Shown: positions 47,892 to 58,782 of the stretch, piece after piece
How the letters are laid out: each line of letters starts with the position of its first letter
Numbering within the stretch: position 1 is the first letter of the stretch
Assembly (NCBI GenBank): GCA_051532035.1
Contig: JAOPTW010000014.1
Location: 1-64,000 of the forward strand
From: Fibrobacterales bacterium
Lineage (GTDB): Bacteria; Fibrobacterota; Fibrobacteria; Fibrobacterales; JAOPTW01
Direction of reading: 5' to 3'
Length of the DNA stretch: 64,000 nucleotides
Made by a program: the position numbers and the translations under genes
The notes under the pieces: model-generated
Told to the model about the DNA's origin: nothing
What the model saw: the letters and a program-made list of their open reading frames with translations, nothing else
Database searches by the model: none

Positions 47892-50585
47892 TTAGTCTAA
47901 TATGATCCGGTCAACATCACCAGATAAAAAACTCATAAGCTCTGTGTCATTCAGTAACACTTCACGGGGCTTAGAGCCTTTGGGAGGGCCGATAATTCCA
48001 TTGCCCTCCATCTGATCTATAATTTTACCAGCACGCGCATAGCCCACTCCAAGTCGACGTTGCAGCATTGATGTCGAAGCCGACCCTGCATGTACCACTA
48101 ACTCGGCCGCTTCATTGAATTTAGAATCTCGTGGCCCAAAATCTGCTTCGGTAGCCCCATCGCCTTCTCCGGTATCAAAGACCTCGAGCTGTGGATAGTT
48201 TACAAACTGATTTGCAGATCGTTCCACTATCACTTCAATATCCTGATCTGAAAGAAACGCACCATGAGCCCGGACCGCTTCTGGATCTCTTACTGTCCGC
48301 ACAAGCATATCTCCACGCCCAAGGAGCTTCTCAGCACCCATTTTATCAAGTACAGTCCGTGCATCAATTTGCGATGCCACTTTAAATGAGATACGTGAAG
48401 GGAGGTTTGCTTTAATTGTACCGGTAATCACTTGCACTGATGGACGCTGAGTCGCAAGTATTAAATGAATACCTACCGCTCGCGCTTTTTGAGCAATACG
48501 GGCAATTGAGGTTTCAACCTCTTTGCCAGCCACCATCATCAGGTCGGCAAGCTCATCAATAACAATCACCAGATACGGCATGAGCATATTATCTTCGGTG
48601 TCAACACGTCCTTCAAGAGCCCCATCTTTGAATTTTTGGTTAAAACCAAAGAGGTTTCTCACGCCACCCTTAGCGAGAACTTCATAGCGTCTATCCATCT
48701 CGATACATGCCCACTTCAGTGCTTGAATTGCAATATCAGGGCTGGTAATGACTGGATGAAGGAGATGAGGAATTTTTTCATAGGGCTTCAGTTCAACCAC
48801 TTTAGGATCGACAAGAATCATTCGTAACTCATCAGGAGTTTTTGTTGCAATAATTGAAGCCATAATAGTATTGATACAAACCGATTTACCCGATCCTGTT
48901 TGACCCGCAATCAATAAATGAGGTGCTGCAGCAAGGTCAAGAGTAAAAGCATCCCCTGCAATATCCTTACCAAGAGCAAGCATAATATTATCGGGACCTG
49001 TTTGAAAAGCATCTGACTCAAACACATCTCTTCCAAAAACAATATGGGGTTTTGAATTAGGAATTTCAATTCCCACTGCAGCTTTACCTGGTATTGGCGC
49101 AAGAATTCTCACCGATTTTGCCCTCAGCGCCAGAGCAAGATCGTCGGACAATCCAGAAATTTTTGAAACCTTTACCCCAGGGGCAAGGTCAATTTCAAAG
49201 CGTGTAATAATTGGGCCGGTACAAATTCCAGTCACCTTACCCTTCACCCTAAAATTTGCAAGTTGCGTCTCAAGATGTTTACTGAGGTCCATCAATTCAG
49301 CTTCAGTATAGCTCACTTCTTGAAAAGGAGGCGAAGGGAGAAGGGAAGTTATTTCAGGAATCACATACGCGTCATACTTTACATCTCTTTTTTTAGCTGC
49401 TGTAATCTCTCGTTGTTTGATAACAGAGATCGCTTTAGTCTCTTTCTCATCCTCTGATACCTCAGTACCGCTATTATTTTCTGCTTCATGTTTAAGGTCA
49501 TCAGCAATAGATTCAGAATTACTTTTTTTATTCTGTAATGCCTTACTCTCTTTTTTAGACAACTTTTTAGGAGGCTCATCACTCTCTTCAGCCTTAGAAC
49601 CTTTGGTTCCCTTTTTTCCGATGAGTCCACCAATCTTCACTTTCTGTGTATCACGATCTTCCCAATCATTAAGCTCTGACATCCGTTGTACCCGTGCAAG
49701 CTCATCCCGAACTCGTCTCTTCTCGCGCGGATCAAGGGTTGGGTCTTTTGCCATCTCTTTGAGTTCGTTTATGTAGTCGTTACTAATATCGGCATCATCA
49801 TCAATAGGCTCAAAAAGCGGACTCTCCTGAGGGGGTTCAGCTCCCACTGGTTCACTTTTCTTACTCTTCTTAATTTTCTTTGCAGTCTCTTTTTCAGCAG
49901 CTTCATACTCTTTCACACGATTTTCAAGCTCCTGCCGTTTTGCTAATTTTCTCAGCCGAGCTTCTTCACGATAATCTGCTACCGTCATTAGAATTTTATC
50001 AACAATAGTAGACGGTCTAAATTCAGTTGCCCAAATCACACTAAAAAAGAGCGCCGTAAGGGTAAATGCATAGGCCAAAAATGTAGACTCTCCAAAGACT
50101 GAGGCATAGAGGAAATCAACTAAAAAATTTCCAACAACTCCTCCAGTATTTTCAAAATCTTCGAGAGCAAATTGTGCCACTTCAAGATTTTTAAGGCTCA
50201 GAAGAATTGATATTTCTATGTAGAGGAGGAGCATAAACCCAGTAAAACGACTCGACACTTTGATTACTGAGAGTTGTAACACATGAATACCGAGTGAGAA
50301 GAGCATAACGATAAAGAGTAAGGAGGGGAGTTTTCCACCAACACGAATAAGAGTTGTTGCGAGCCATTCTCCAAGATAGGCCCCCATAAGATTGGTGCCT
50401 CCCGCAGAGGCAAATTCAGAAAGAAGCGAGGTAAGAAAAAGAGCAGCAAGTGCAATAAAAAGCCACCCACCAATTTCACGACCTGTTGAATTAAGGTCGT
50501 TCTCTTCTTCATCGACACTTATTTTGCGCGCCGACTTTGTTGCAGCCTTCTTCACTGCTTTTTTCTTTGCTTTCGTAACAGCCAC
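47892..50585 (-). CDS. ftsK: DNA translocase FtsK
   Basis: N-terminal TM domain; PHLLIAGQTGSGKS, VIDELADLMM, LATQRPS, GAEKLLGRGDML and gamma domain LQRRLGVGYARAGKIID. Confidence 0.96.
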   Translation of the reverse strand: MAVTKAKKKAVKKAATKSARKISVDEEENDLNSTGREIGGWLFIALAALFLTSLLSEFASAGGTNLMGAYLGEWLATTLIRVGGKLPSLLFIVMLFSLGIHVLQLSVIKVSSRFTGFMLLLYIEISILLSLKNLEVAQFALEDFENTGGVVGNFLVDFLYASVFGESTFLAYAFTLTALFFSVIWATEFRPSTIVDKILMTVADYREEARLRKLAKRQELENRVKEYEAAEKETAKKIKKSKKSEPVGAEPPQESPLFEPIDDDADISNDYINELKEMAKDPTLDPREKRRVRDELARVQRMSELNDWEDRDTQKVKIGGLIGKKGTKGSKAEESDEPPKKLSKKESKALQNKKSNSESIADDLKHEAENNSGTEVSEDEKETKAISVIKQREITAAKKRDVKYDAYVIPEITSLLPSPPFQEVSYTEAELMDLSKHLETQLANFRVKGKVTGICTGPIITRFEIDLAPGVKVSKISGLSDDLALALRAKSVRILAPIPGKAAVGIEIPNSKPHIVFGRDVFESDAFQTGPDNIMLALGKDIAGDAFTLDLAAAPHLLIAGQTGSGKSVCINTIMASIIATKTPDELRMILVDPKVVELKPYEKIPHLLHPVITSPDIAIQALKWACIEMDRRYEVLAKGGVRNLFGFNQKFKDGALEGRVDTEDNMLMPYLVIVIDELADLMMVAGKEVETSIARIAQKARAVGIHLILATQRPSVQVITGTIKANLPSRISFKVASQIDARTVLDKMGAEKLLGRGDMLVRTVRDPEAVRAHGAFLSDQDIEVIVERSANQFVNYPQLEVFDTGEGDGATEADFGPRDSKFNEAAELVVHAGSASTSMLQRRLGVGYARAGKIIDQMEGNGIIGPPKGSKPREVLLNDTELMSFLSGDVDRIILD

Positions 50586-50598
50586 ACTACCTCAATAT

Positions 50599-51684
50599 CT
50601 ATTTTTTAAAACGACGAGAGACCACTCTCGCTTTTTTTGCTTTATCTCGAATCATCACATCAACTTCACTTCCAACCTTGGCATATTCTGCGTTGATAAA
50701 AGCCATAGAGATCGCTTTGGCTGTGGTAGGTATGACTGACCCCGATGTAATCTCACCAATAACCGTTCCATTGACGGTAACACTGCACCCTATGCGAGGA
50801 ATACCTTTATCGATGAGTTCAATACCGACTATTTTATTTTCGAAGCCTGCAGTTTTAGAAGCAACCAGTGCCTCTTTACCTATAAACGTATCTTTATTGA
50901 GGTCAGTTATCCACCCGAGCCCCGACTCTAGAACGTTACGAGTGTCGTTCAGTTCCTGACCATAGAGAGAGAAACCTGCCTCAAGTCTGAGAGTATCACG
51001 AGCACCAAGACCAATGGGCTCTATACCATACTCCTGGCCAGCCTCCATCAAAACATTCCAGACAGCAACGGCCGCTCCATTTTTAGGAAAAAATTCAAAC
51101 CCATCTTCACCAGTATATCCTGTACGTGAGACTAAAAACTCTTCACCTGCAATAGTGGTTTTAAATGCGTTATAATAGGCCACTCCACTTAAGCTGTGGT
51201 CACACACCTTTTCGGCGATCTTTACTGCAAGGGGGCCTTGAAGTGCAAGAATACACATATCTGGACTTGCATTGACAACAGTAACGCCATCAGGAACACG
51301 AGAAGTTACCCAATCATAATCTTTATCGATGTTAGCCGCATTCACGATAATTTGATAAGACTCTGTACCTAATTTATAGACAAGGATATCATCAATAACA
51401 CCCCCTGCCTTGTTACACAATGCCGAGTACTGCACTTGCAAAGTAACTATTTTACTCACATTATTGGAAGTAATGCTGTTTAAAAAAGCCTCAGAGCCTT
51501 CACCACTCACGTAAAACAATCCCATATGAGAGACATCAAAAAGCCCTACTCGTTCTCTTACAGCTTCGTGTTCTGCTTTAATTCCTGCAAAGGAGACAGG
51601 CATCTCGTATCCTGCAAAAGGGACAATTTTTCCATTATATTTAGCATATTCATCAAAAAGCGGGGTGCGTTTTAAGGTACTCAT
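50599..51684 (-). CDS. gcvT: Glycine cleavage system aminomethyltransferase T
   Basis: LKRTPL, FAGYEMP, GLFDVSHMG, SRTGYTGEDGFE and GLGARDTLRLEAG. Confidence 0.97.
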   Translation of the reverse strand: MSTLKRTPLFDEYAKYNGKIVPFAGYEMPVSFAGIKAEHEAVRERVGLFDVSHMGLFYVSGEGSEAFLNSITSNNVSKIVTLQVQYSALCNKAGGVIDDILVYKLGTESYQIIVNAANIDKDYDWVTSRVPDGVTVVNASPDMCILALQGPLAVKIAEKVCDHSLSGVAYYNAFKTTIAGEEFLVSRTGYTGEDGFEFFPKNGAAVAVWNVLMEAGQEYGIEPIGLGARDTLRLEAGFSLYGQELNDTRNVLESGLGWITDLNKDTFIGKEALVASKTAGFENKIVGIELIDKGIPRIGCSVTVNGTVIGEITSGSVIPTTAKAISMAFINAEYAKVGSEVDVMIRDKAKKARVVSRRFKK

Positions 51685-51907
51685 GAAGATCTCGTGGGTG
51701 AAAATAATTACAGTGTGTTCGAAAATATACTTAAAATCGCCCCTTTTTATGGGAACAAATGTGCCCCCACTTTTAAATCAGTGTCGGATATCACCCTTGG
51801 AATCATCTCGTTCAAATATGTAGAAATTTCTCATTTATTGAGTAAATTGTGGTAATTATCTCAAAATCATAGTTAAATTAGAGGGTATATTTATAAGTTG
51901 AACCAGC

Positions 51908-54889
51908 ATGAAATTAACTAAGCAGACTCGCAAGCTCTTAATCACATCCATTATTGCGTTTGTCATTCCCTTTGCCCTTAATTTTTTCGGTTCATTTAGC
52001 TTAAATCAGCAATATATTACCACACTCGAAAATGCCCTCTACGACACCTCTTTTCGATGGTTCATGGATGACTCATTTGAAGAACCTAACTTTGAAGAGG
52101 TAGAATCGCGTATTGTATTTGTTGATATTGATGAAACATCACTCTCCAAACTGGGCCCTTATTGGCAGTGGCCCCGCACCCACCACGCCGAAGTAGTCCG
52201 ACAACTCAGCAGAGGTGGCGCAGCAGCAATCACCTTTGATATTCTCTTTAAGAAAGCATTTTTTGGTACCTCAAAAACCGATCAAGCAGTACACATGCTT
52301 AAAAATGTACTTCCTAACATAAACTGGGATACTTACTACGAAGACATCCGTCCCTATTATAATCATGACTCTATATTTGTCTCAGAAGTTGCCGAAGCAG
52401 GTAATGTCGTCGTTGCTGCTACCGTCGGCCGTTCTGTCATGTACCTTCACGAATCCCAGTGGCGCCCTCTTTCGACCCCTGCATGGAACGATACTATTAG
52501 CCCACACTCGGCGTATGTCACTGCTCAAAAATTTAACATAAACAACTGGGATATTCTCGACAACGTTTTTCCTGAACTCGGCCAAGCAGCTCATACCATT
52601 GGTCTCGTAAATGTTATTCCCGACGAAGATGGAGTCCACCGCTCTGAATACCTCCTCCAAGGATTCCCCAATCCCAGTATTAATTTCAGTTATACGCCAG
52701 GACTCTACCCCGTTATAGCGCTGCAAACAGCACTACTGGCAACAGGAACATCTCCACAGGATATATCTATTGACCCTGGAAACTCCCTCAAAATTGGTCC
52801 ACCAGTGACCCTCATTAAAGATTCACTCGGGGCACTGACAACCAGTTACCCAAACCTCACATGGACTATGTTAAGGGAACTCTTAAAAAAGAGAGAAGTG
52901 ATTCGTAGTCAACAAGAAAACGACACCAATTTTAGCCACCTCACCGTTGCAACACAAGTTATAGTCACGAAAGAAAAGAGTGGTACAATACAAGCCGACA
53001 TTTTTGATGCCCAGACCCTATCAAACGCAATGATCCAAGGGATACTCAACACTCCCTCACTCGACTCACTTTTACACGGCCCCAAAGATGAAGAGCACCC
53101 CCTCTCTCATGGAGTAACCCTGAGCTATGACGAAGACGAATCACTCTTTATGCTCACCGATGACGCAGATGATGAGACCTATATAAACCCCTATGTGGTG
53201 CAAACACTCCAAGAAGGGGCTCAAAAAATAGCATTACTTCCAGCGGGTCAAGTTGCCCATCTCGCAAGCAATCTGACACTCTATCGTCATCAATACACGG
53301 GGGCCTATCAATCAAACTTTATTCTCTTAAACAACTCAGCAATTAATGCGCTGTTAGATCAGAGTATTGAGGACATTAACACCCTCCCCAATGGGAGTAG
53401 ACTTTCACTCGGCGACTCCCTCCTCATCCCCATCACTGATCAAGGGCGGATGCGAATCAATTTTAGTCACCAATCTCGTAATACCTATGCTGGCCGTTCC
53501 AACAAAGGATTTGCAACAATATCTTACTATGACGTAGTCTCTGGCCGTATTGATCCTGGGTATTATCAAGGTAAAATTTTCATTCTGGGTTCATCTGCAG
53601 CGGCCCTTATGGATATTGTCTCTGCAGCACCTTCGAGTGATTTCCCCGGCGTTCTGATTCACCTTAACATGCTCGAAAATATTTTAAATAGTAATTACAT
53701 TCGGTTCATTGACGACAATCTATTGATAGTACTGATGCTCCTCTGTAGTATTTTCACCACATTTTTAGCTTCATATATCCGGCCTTACATTACCGTAATT
53801 CTAGTTGCTATTGCAGGCCTCGTCCTCTTTATCTACAATCTAGAGACCATGATCAATGGCACCTATCTGGCACTTGCAAAACCCTATCTTGTGCTGATAT
53901 TCTCTCTCTTTACCACAATAATATTCCGCTATATATTCGAAGAGCGTGAAAAGAAACAGGCGGTCGATGCATTTAAAAACTACATATCTCCTGAGCTCAT
54001 TGACGAGCTACTCGCCAATGATCAAAAACCTTCACTCGGTGGGGAAGAAAACTTCCTAACCGCCTATTTTACCGACATCCAAAGCTTCTCCACCTTTTCT
54101 GAAAAAATTGGATCACCATCAAAACTGGTTGAACTGCTCAATGAATATCTAACCGCAATGACCAACATACTCCTTGAGTACCAAGGAACCCTGGACAAAT
54201 ATGAAGGGGACGCCATAATAGCCTTTTTTGGTGCTCCAGTAAAAATTGACTTTCATGCCCAAGCTGCCTGTAAAGCTGCCCTACTCATGCAAGACAAGCT
54301 GGGAGAGCTCAGAGAGCTTTGGGCATCGCAAGGCGACAAATGGCCAGTGATCGTGCATCAGATGCGTATGCGTATCGGCATCAACTCTGGTCAAATTGTA
54401 ACGGGTAATATGGGATCAACGGTGCGCATGAACTACACCATGATGGGCGATGCAGTAAACCTTGCTGCACGATTAGAATCAGGAGCAAAACAATACGGCG
54501 TCTATACCATGTGCTCACAGGAAACACTCGATGCTACTGATGGAACAATTTTAGCCCGTGTAGTAGATATCCTACGAGTAGTGGGCAAATCCGAACCCGT
54601 TACCACTTACGAGCTCCTTGCTCTTGAGAATAATGTAACTGATAGCCTTACCGAACTTGTTGAAAAATTCACTCAGGCACGCGCACTCTATACCGCAACA
54701 AAATGGAGTGAAGCCGAAGCGCTCTTTATCGAATGCTTAGCTCTTGAACCTCATCACCCTGATAGAGCGCCAGGATGTAAAACAACTCCATCACACCTTT
54801 TTATTGAGCGCTGTCAAGAGTATGCCACTCAACCTCCAGTACCTCAAGGCGAAATTTGGGATGGTGTATATACTGCTACTGAAAAATAG
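51908..54889 (+). CDS. CHASE2-domain class III adenylate cyclase
   Basis: VDIDETSL..LG..QWPR, FDILF, DEDGVHR, GKIFILG and PGVLIH; three TM helices; FTDIQSFS, DKYEGDA and YTMMGDAVNLAARLE (Lys/Thr indicate ATP specificity). Confidence 0.92.
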   Translation: MKLTKQTRKLLITSIIAFVIPFALNFFGSFSLNQQYITTLENALYDTSFRWFMDDSFEEPNFEEVESRIVFVDIDETSLSKLGPYWQWPRTHHAEVVRQLSRGGAAAITFDILFKKAFFGTSKTDQAVHMLKNVLPNINWDTYYEDIRPYYNHDSIFVSEVAEAGNVVVAATVGRSVMYLHESQWRPLSTPAWNDTISPHSAYVTAQKFNINNWDILDNVFPELGQAAHTIGLVNVIPDEDGVHRSEYLLQGFPNPSINFSYTPGLYPVIALQTALLATGTSPQDISIDPGNSLKIGPPVTLIKDSLGALTTSYPNLTWTMLRELLKKREVIRSQQENDTNFSHLTVATQVIVTKEKSGTIQADIFDAQTLSNAMIQGILNTPSLDSLLHGPKDEEHPLSHGVTLSYDEDESLFMLTDDADDETYINPYVVQTLQEGAQKIALLPAGQVAHLASNLTLYRHQYTGAYQSNFILLNNSAINALLDQSIEDINTLPNGSRLSLGDSLLIPITDQGRMRINFSHQSRNTYAGRSNKGFATISYYDVVSGRIDPGYYQGKIFILGSSAAALMDIVSAAPSSDFPGVLIHLNMLENILNSNYIRFIDDNLLIVLMLLCSIFTTFLASYIRPYITVILVAIAGLVLFIYNLETMINGTYLALAKPYLVLIFSLFTTIIFRYIFEEREKKQAVDAFKNYISPELIDELLANDQKPSLGGEENFLTAYFTDIQSFSTFSEKIGSPSKLVELLNEYLTAMTNILLEYQGTLDKYEGDAIIAFFGAPVKIDFHAQAACKAALLMQDKLGELRELWASQGDKWPVIVHQMRMRIGINSGQIVTGNMGSTVRMNYTMMGDAVNLAARLESGAKQYGVYTMCSQETLDATDGTILARVVDILRVVGKSEPVTTYELLALENNVTDSLTELVEKFTQARALYTATKWSEAEALFIECLALEPHHPDRAPGCKTTPSHLFIERCQEYATQPPVPQGEIWDGVYTATEK

Positions 54890-55059
54890 TTGGATGAGCT
54901 CTTGTAGAAATATCGTTGTTCTCAGTTTAATGCACGATTAAGGGATTTAGTTAAATTGAGATATTAATAGCATCACCACATCCATCACCCAATTTCACCC
55001 CTTGCATTTCTCTTATTAACATGATATACTGAATTATCACCATAATTTAATGAGTTACC

Positions 55060-57480
55060 GTGAAAGATTTGCCACTCCCCTATTCCTTAACACAATGCCC
55101 CGTTAGCAAACGTGAAATAACCTATCTAGATCACTTTTTAAACATACCTATAAATGAAAGCTACATTTTCAACATCAGAAAAGTGGGACCTTCTATATTA
55201 TACATCAGTTGCTCAGGTAACCTTAAAGAAACAAATGCAGAAATATTTTTTCAACTTGTTGATGAATTTATTCAAGAAGCAAAGGTCAAATTACCCTACA
55301 TTGAAATTCATGATTTCACTGACATTACTGGGCATCTTTCATCTAAACAGGTAATGCTCAATAAAAAAATTGTAAGTGAACGCAGCTCCAAAATTGCAGG
55401 AGTCATCTACCTCAACGCACCTTTTTGGGTTGGAAAACTTACACAGATTGGGCTCTCAACATTTAAAAAGTCAATTCCTTTTGTACGGAAAAAAACGTAT
55501 AAAGAAGCAATTAACGTAGCCAATTCATTGCTAGAATATAATAACGATACAAAGGTTGTATACCATTTTTCAGATTTAGTTTTTAAGAGAGAGTGGGAAT
55601 ATATGGATAGGGATATTGGATTTGGATATATCACCGGTATGATCCCTGGTACCATTCTATTTTCATCATTGATAGGTGAATACAATTTAGAGAATGTAAA
55701 AAAACTTGTTCCCCATCTTGAAAAGATATTTGCTACAGGGCATTTCACGAATAAATCATATATCAGAATTGCAGAATATTCTGGAATGAACAAATCAAAT
55801 GCTGCAGGTAGAAATCTTTATGCCAAAACAATTAAAGATCTCAATGAAAAATATAATTGTTCACCGCATATCGCCTATATCTGTAATGCAAGTATTATTG
55901 CAAGAACTGCTCTTAAAATTTACATTACATTTGTCAGGCAAAAACTTGAATTTGTGAATAACGTAGAGCAGGCTTTTAATAAAATAAATAGGCTTGAAAC
56001 AGTGAGCAGCTCTCATAAACGTAATATTGCAATAAGCGTTAATGACATTGAAGAGATCAGTGCAATGAGTAGCACATTAATGTGGGAAGAGTCTTTTGGT
56101 ACAACATACTTGTCACCAAATAACCCTCTGAAAGAGCTTGCGATAACTCTTGAAATAGTTCATGATGAGATTAATAATCTTCGCGCAATTGAGGCAAAGC
56201 AGACTGAAGAACTAAAGGAATCGCTTAGAACCACAGAAGAACTTGCTCGTAACCTCCATATCGCAAAAGAGAAGGCCGAGCTACGAGAAAAAGAGGCTAA
56301 AGAACTGAGACAGAGCGCAGAGATGGCAAACCGGTCAAAATCGGAATTCCTAGCCAACATGTCACACGAGATACGAACCCCTATGAATGGTATTATCGGT
56401 ATGACAGGGCTTCTCCTCGATACTCACCTAGATGCTACCCAAAACCAATATGCTGAAGCTGTAAATATCAGCGCACAATCACTACTCACTATCATCAATG
56501 ATATCCTTGATTTCTCAAAAATAGAAGCGGGGAAACTCACCTTAGAAACTATCCCTTTTGAAATAAAGGAGATTGTGCACCACTGTGAAGAGCTCCTCAC
56601 ACTAAAAGCTCAAGAGCGAGAGAATACACTAGACTTCACCGTTGACAATGCCATTCCAAAACTTTGCTTAGGGGACCCCGGTAGAGTACAACAGATTTTG
56701 TTTAATCTGGTAGGAAATGCTATTAAGTTCACACAAAATGGAGCCATTACGGTAAAAGTAACACACGAAATAGAAACAGATAAAACAGATACTATTCGTA
56801 TGTCGGTTGCCGACACTGGAATTGGGATTTCTGAAGCAGTTCAAAATAAGCTTTTTGAAAAATTTACTCAAGCCGATGGCTCAACAACACGGAAATTTGG
56901 AGGTACAGGCCTTGGCTTATCAATTTCAAAACAACTCGTTGAAATGATGGGCGGAACAATTGGCATTAACTCCACCCTCGGTGAAGGGGCTGAGTTTTGG
57001 TTCACTCTCAAACTTAAAAAAGCAGAAGTCAACTCCAAGGACACATCAACTCAGGCAAACACCTCTCTCCCTTTATCAAACTCAACTATTGATTTTTCGA
57101 ACAAAGCTGTACTTCTTGCCGAAGACAACCTTATAAATCAACAGTTGGCTATTGGGCTTCTTGCCAAAACAGGAGTAAAGCTCGACATGGTAGAAAATGG
57201 TAAACTCGCAGTTTCAGCCATAGAGTCATCTCGGTATGACCTCATCCTTATGGATGTACAGATGCCTGAAATGGACGGCATCGAGGCAACACAATTAATA
57301 CGCCACTACGAAAGACAAGCTCAAAGACCTAAAACCCCTATCATTGCAATGACCGCAAATGCCATGCAGGGAGACCGTGAAAAGTGCATTGAAGCAGGTA
57401 TGGATGATTATCTCACCAAACCCATTCAGCCCTCAGCACTCTACGAGGCCCTCAACAAATGGATAATTCACTCGTCCTGA
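55060..57480 (+). CDS. Cytoplasmic hybrid sensor histidine kinase/response regulator
   Basis: [30 protein letters not shown] and GGTGLGL; REC AEDN, LMDVQMP, TANA and KP; no TM helix seen. Confidence 0.93.
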   Translation: MKDLPLPYSLTQCPVSKREITYLDHFLNIPINESYIFNIRKVGPSILYISCSGNLKETNAEIFFQLVDEFIQEAKVKLPYIEIHDFTDITGHLSSKQVMLNKKIVSERSSKIAGVIYLNAPFWVGKLTQIGLSTFKKSIPFVRKKTYKEAINVANSLLEYNNDTKVVYHFSDLVFKREWEYMDRDIGFGYITGMIPGTILFSSLIGEYNLENVKKLVPHLEKIFATGHFTNKSYIRIAEYSGMNKSNAAGRNLYAKTIKDLNEKYNCSPHIAYICNASIIARTALKIYITFVRQKLEFVNNVEQAFNKINRLETVSSSHKRNIAISVNDIEEISAMSSTLMWEESFGTTYLSPNNPLKELAITLEIVHDEINNLRAIEAKQTEELKESLRTTEELARNLHIAKEKAELREKEAKELRQSAEMANRSKSEFLANMSHEIRTPMNGIIGMTGLLLDTHLDATQNQYAEAVNISAQSLLTIINDILDFSKIEAGKLTLETIPFEIKEIVHHCEELLTLKAQERENTLDFTVDNAIPKLCLGDPGRVQQILFNLVGNAIKFTQNGAITVKVTHEIETDKTDTIRMSVADTGIGISEAVQNKLFEKFTQADGSTTRKFGGTGLGLSISKQLVEMMGGTIGINSTLGEGAEFWFTLKLKKAEVNSKDTSTQANTSLPLSNSTIDFSNKAVLLAEDNLINQQLAIGLLAKTGVKLDMVENGKLAVSAIESSRYDLILMDVQMPEMDGIEATQLIRHYERQAQRPKTPIIAMTANAMQGDREKCIEAGMDDYLTKPIQPSALYEALNKWIIHSS

Positions 57481-57607
57481 TCTACATTTTATACCAGTAT
57501 CAAACCTGTATCATTCAATTTCAAAGGTATATTCATACCCCTGCTCATTGCCATGCCATGCATTTTAATCTACATTTAGGCCCATATAACAAAAAAAGCT
57601 ATTACTT

Positions 57608-58654
57608 ATGATTTTACCATATGAGAAAGAGTTAACCGAAGGGCAACTTAAAGAAGTACGCGCTATCGCTGCTGAGTTTGATGTAACTATTCAGTCTATT
57701 GCCGGTTCACAAAAAACAATTTATGCAATAATTGGTGATGAAACATCATCACTCCTGAGAAACAGAATTGAAGGCCTTGACTACATCGATAAAATTGACT
57801 CGATACAAGCACCTTACAAAATTTTGGCCAAAGATAGTGAGATGGCATCTCACAAACATCTGATCAATGGCAAAGAACTGGGAAAAGAGTTTGTGGTATT
57901 TGCAGGACAATGTACTGTTGATATTAACAACCCTAATTTCTTCATTGAGACTGCCCATGCTGTTAAAGAAGCTGGCGCTGATCTAATTCGTGGTGGCGTA
58001 TGGAAACCCCGTACCTCTCCCTACTCATTTCAAGGATCCGAAAAAGGTCTCGAAACTCTGTTAAGAGCAAAAGAAGAGACTGGCCTTGGTGTTGTTACTG
58101 AAGTGATGGAACTTGAGCAAGTGAAACTTTGTGTTGAAGCAAAAGTTGACTGCTTTCAAGTCGGCGCTCGTAATGCACTGAACTACAAGCTCCTTCAACA
58201 AATTGGACAACTTACCCACAACACTGACACTAAAGTACTCTTAAAGCGTTCTATCCACATGGGTAAGATCGATGAGTTCATCCTTGCTGCCGAATATATT
58301 GCTGGTAATGGTAATGCAAATGTAATGCTTTGCCCACGGGGAACCCTCCCTGCAGTTGATGGATACCGCAACTATCCTGATGAATGTATCACTCCACTTC
58401 TTAAAGACAAAACATGGGCTCCCATTATTGTTGACCCATCGCATAGTGTTGGTAAAGCGAAATACGTTCCTAATGCTGCTATGGCTGCCGCAGCCTATGG
58501 TGCTGATGGTGTAATCATTGAGACTCACTGTAATCCTGTTCAAGGTATCGGTGATGATCCTAAACAAGCGATCACTCCAGAAACTCTCGTAAAACTGATT
58601 CCTCAACTCAGAGAGATTGCGGCTAACGCACGTGAGTTCAGAAACTCACACTAG
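57608..58654 (+). CDS. aroF: DAHP synthase type I-beta with N-terminal regulatory (ACT-like) domain
   Basis: RGGVWKPRTSPYSFQG, QVGARN, LLKR and VDPSH. Confidence 0.88.
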   Translation: MILPYEKELTEGQLKEVRAIAAEFDVTIQSIAGSQKTIYAIIGDETSSLLRNRIEGLDYIDKIDSIQAPYKILAKDSEMASHKHLINGKELGKEFVVFAGQCTVDINNPNFFIETAHAVKEAGADLIRGGVWKPRTSPYSFQGSEKGLETLLRAKEETGLGVVTEVMELEQVKLCVEAKVDCFQVGARNALNYKLLQQIGQLTHNTDTKVLLKRSIHMGKIDEFILAAEYIAGNGNANVMLCPRGTLPAVDGYRNYPDECITPLLKDKTWAPIIVDPSHSVGKAKYVPNAAMAAAAYGADGVIIETHCNPVQGIGDDPKQAITPETLVKLIPQLREIAANAREFRNSH

Positions 58655-58673
58655 GCACTGCAGATATTATTTT

Positions 58674-58708
58674 AAAAGGCGTTTTTCATTCAGAGAAACG
58701 CCTTTTTT
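58674..58708 (+). terminator. Intrinsic terminator of aroF
   Basis: AAAAGGCGTTT/AAACGCCTTTT stem ending in a T-run. Confidence 0.8.
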
Positions 58709-58782
58709 ATATCCTCACTTGTGAGAACAGACTCTACTATAGTACATTTGAAAGAGCTCTTTATTCTGACGGTAAGACCCCT

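Noticed and set aside
51685..51907. Glycine riboswitch upstream of gcvT
   Set aside because: The minus-strand leader lacks the GGAGA / CCGAAG / CTCTCAGG core elements.
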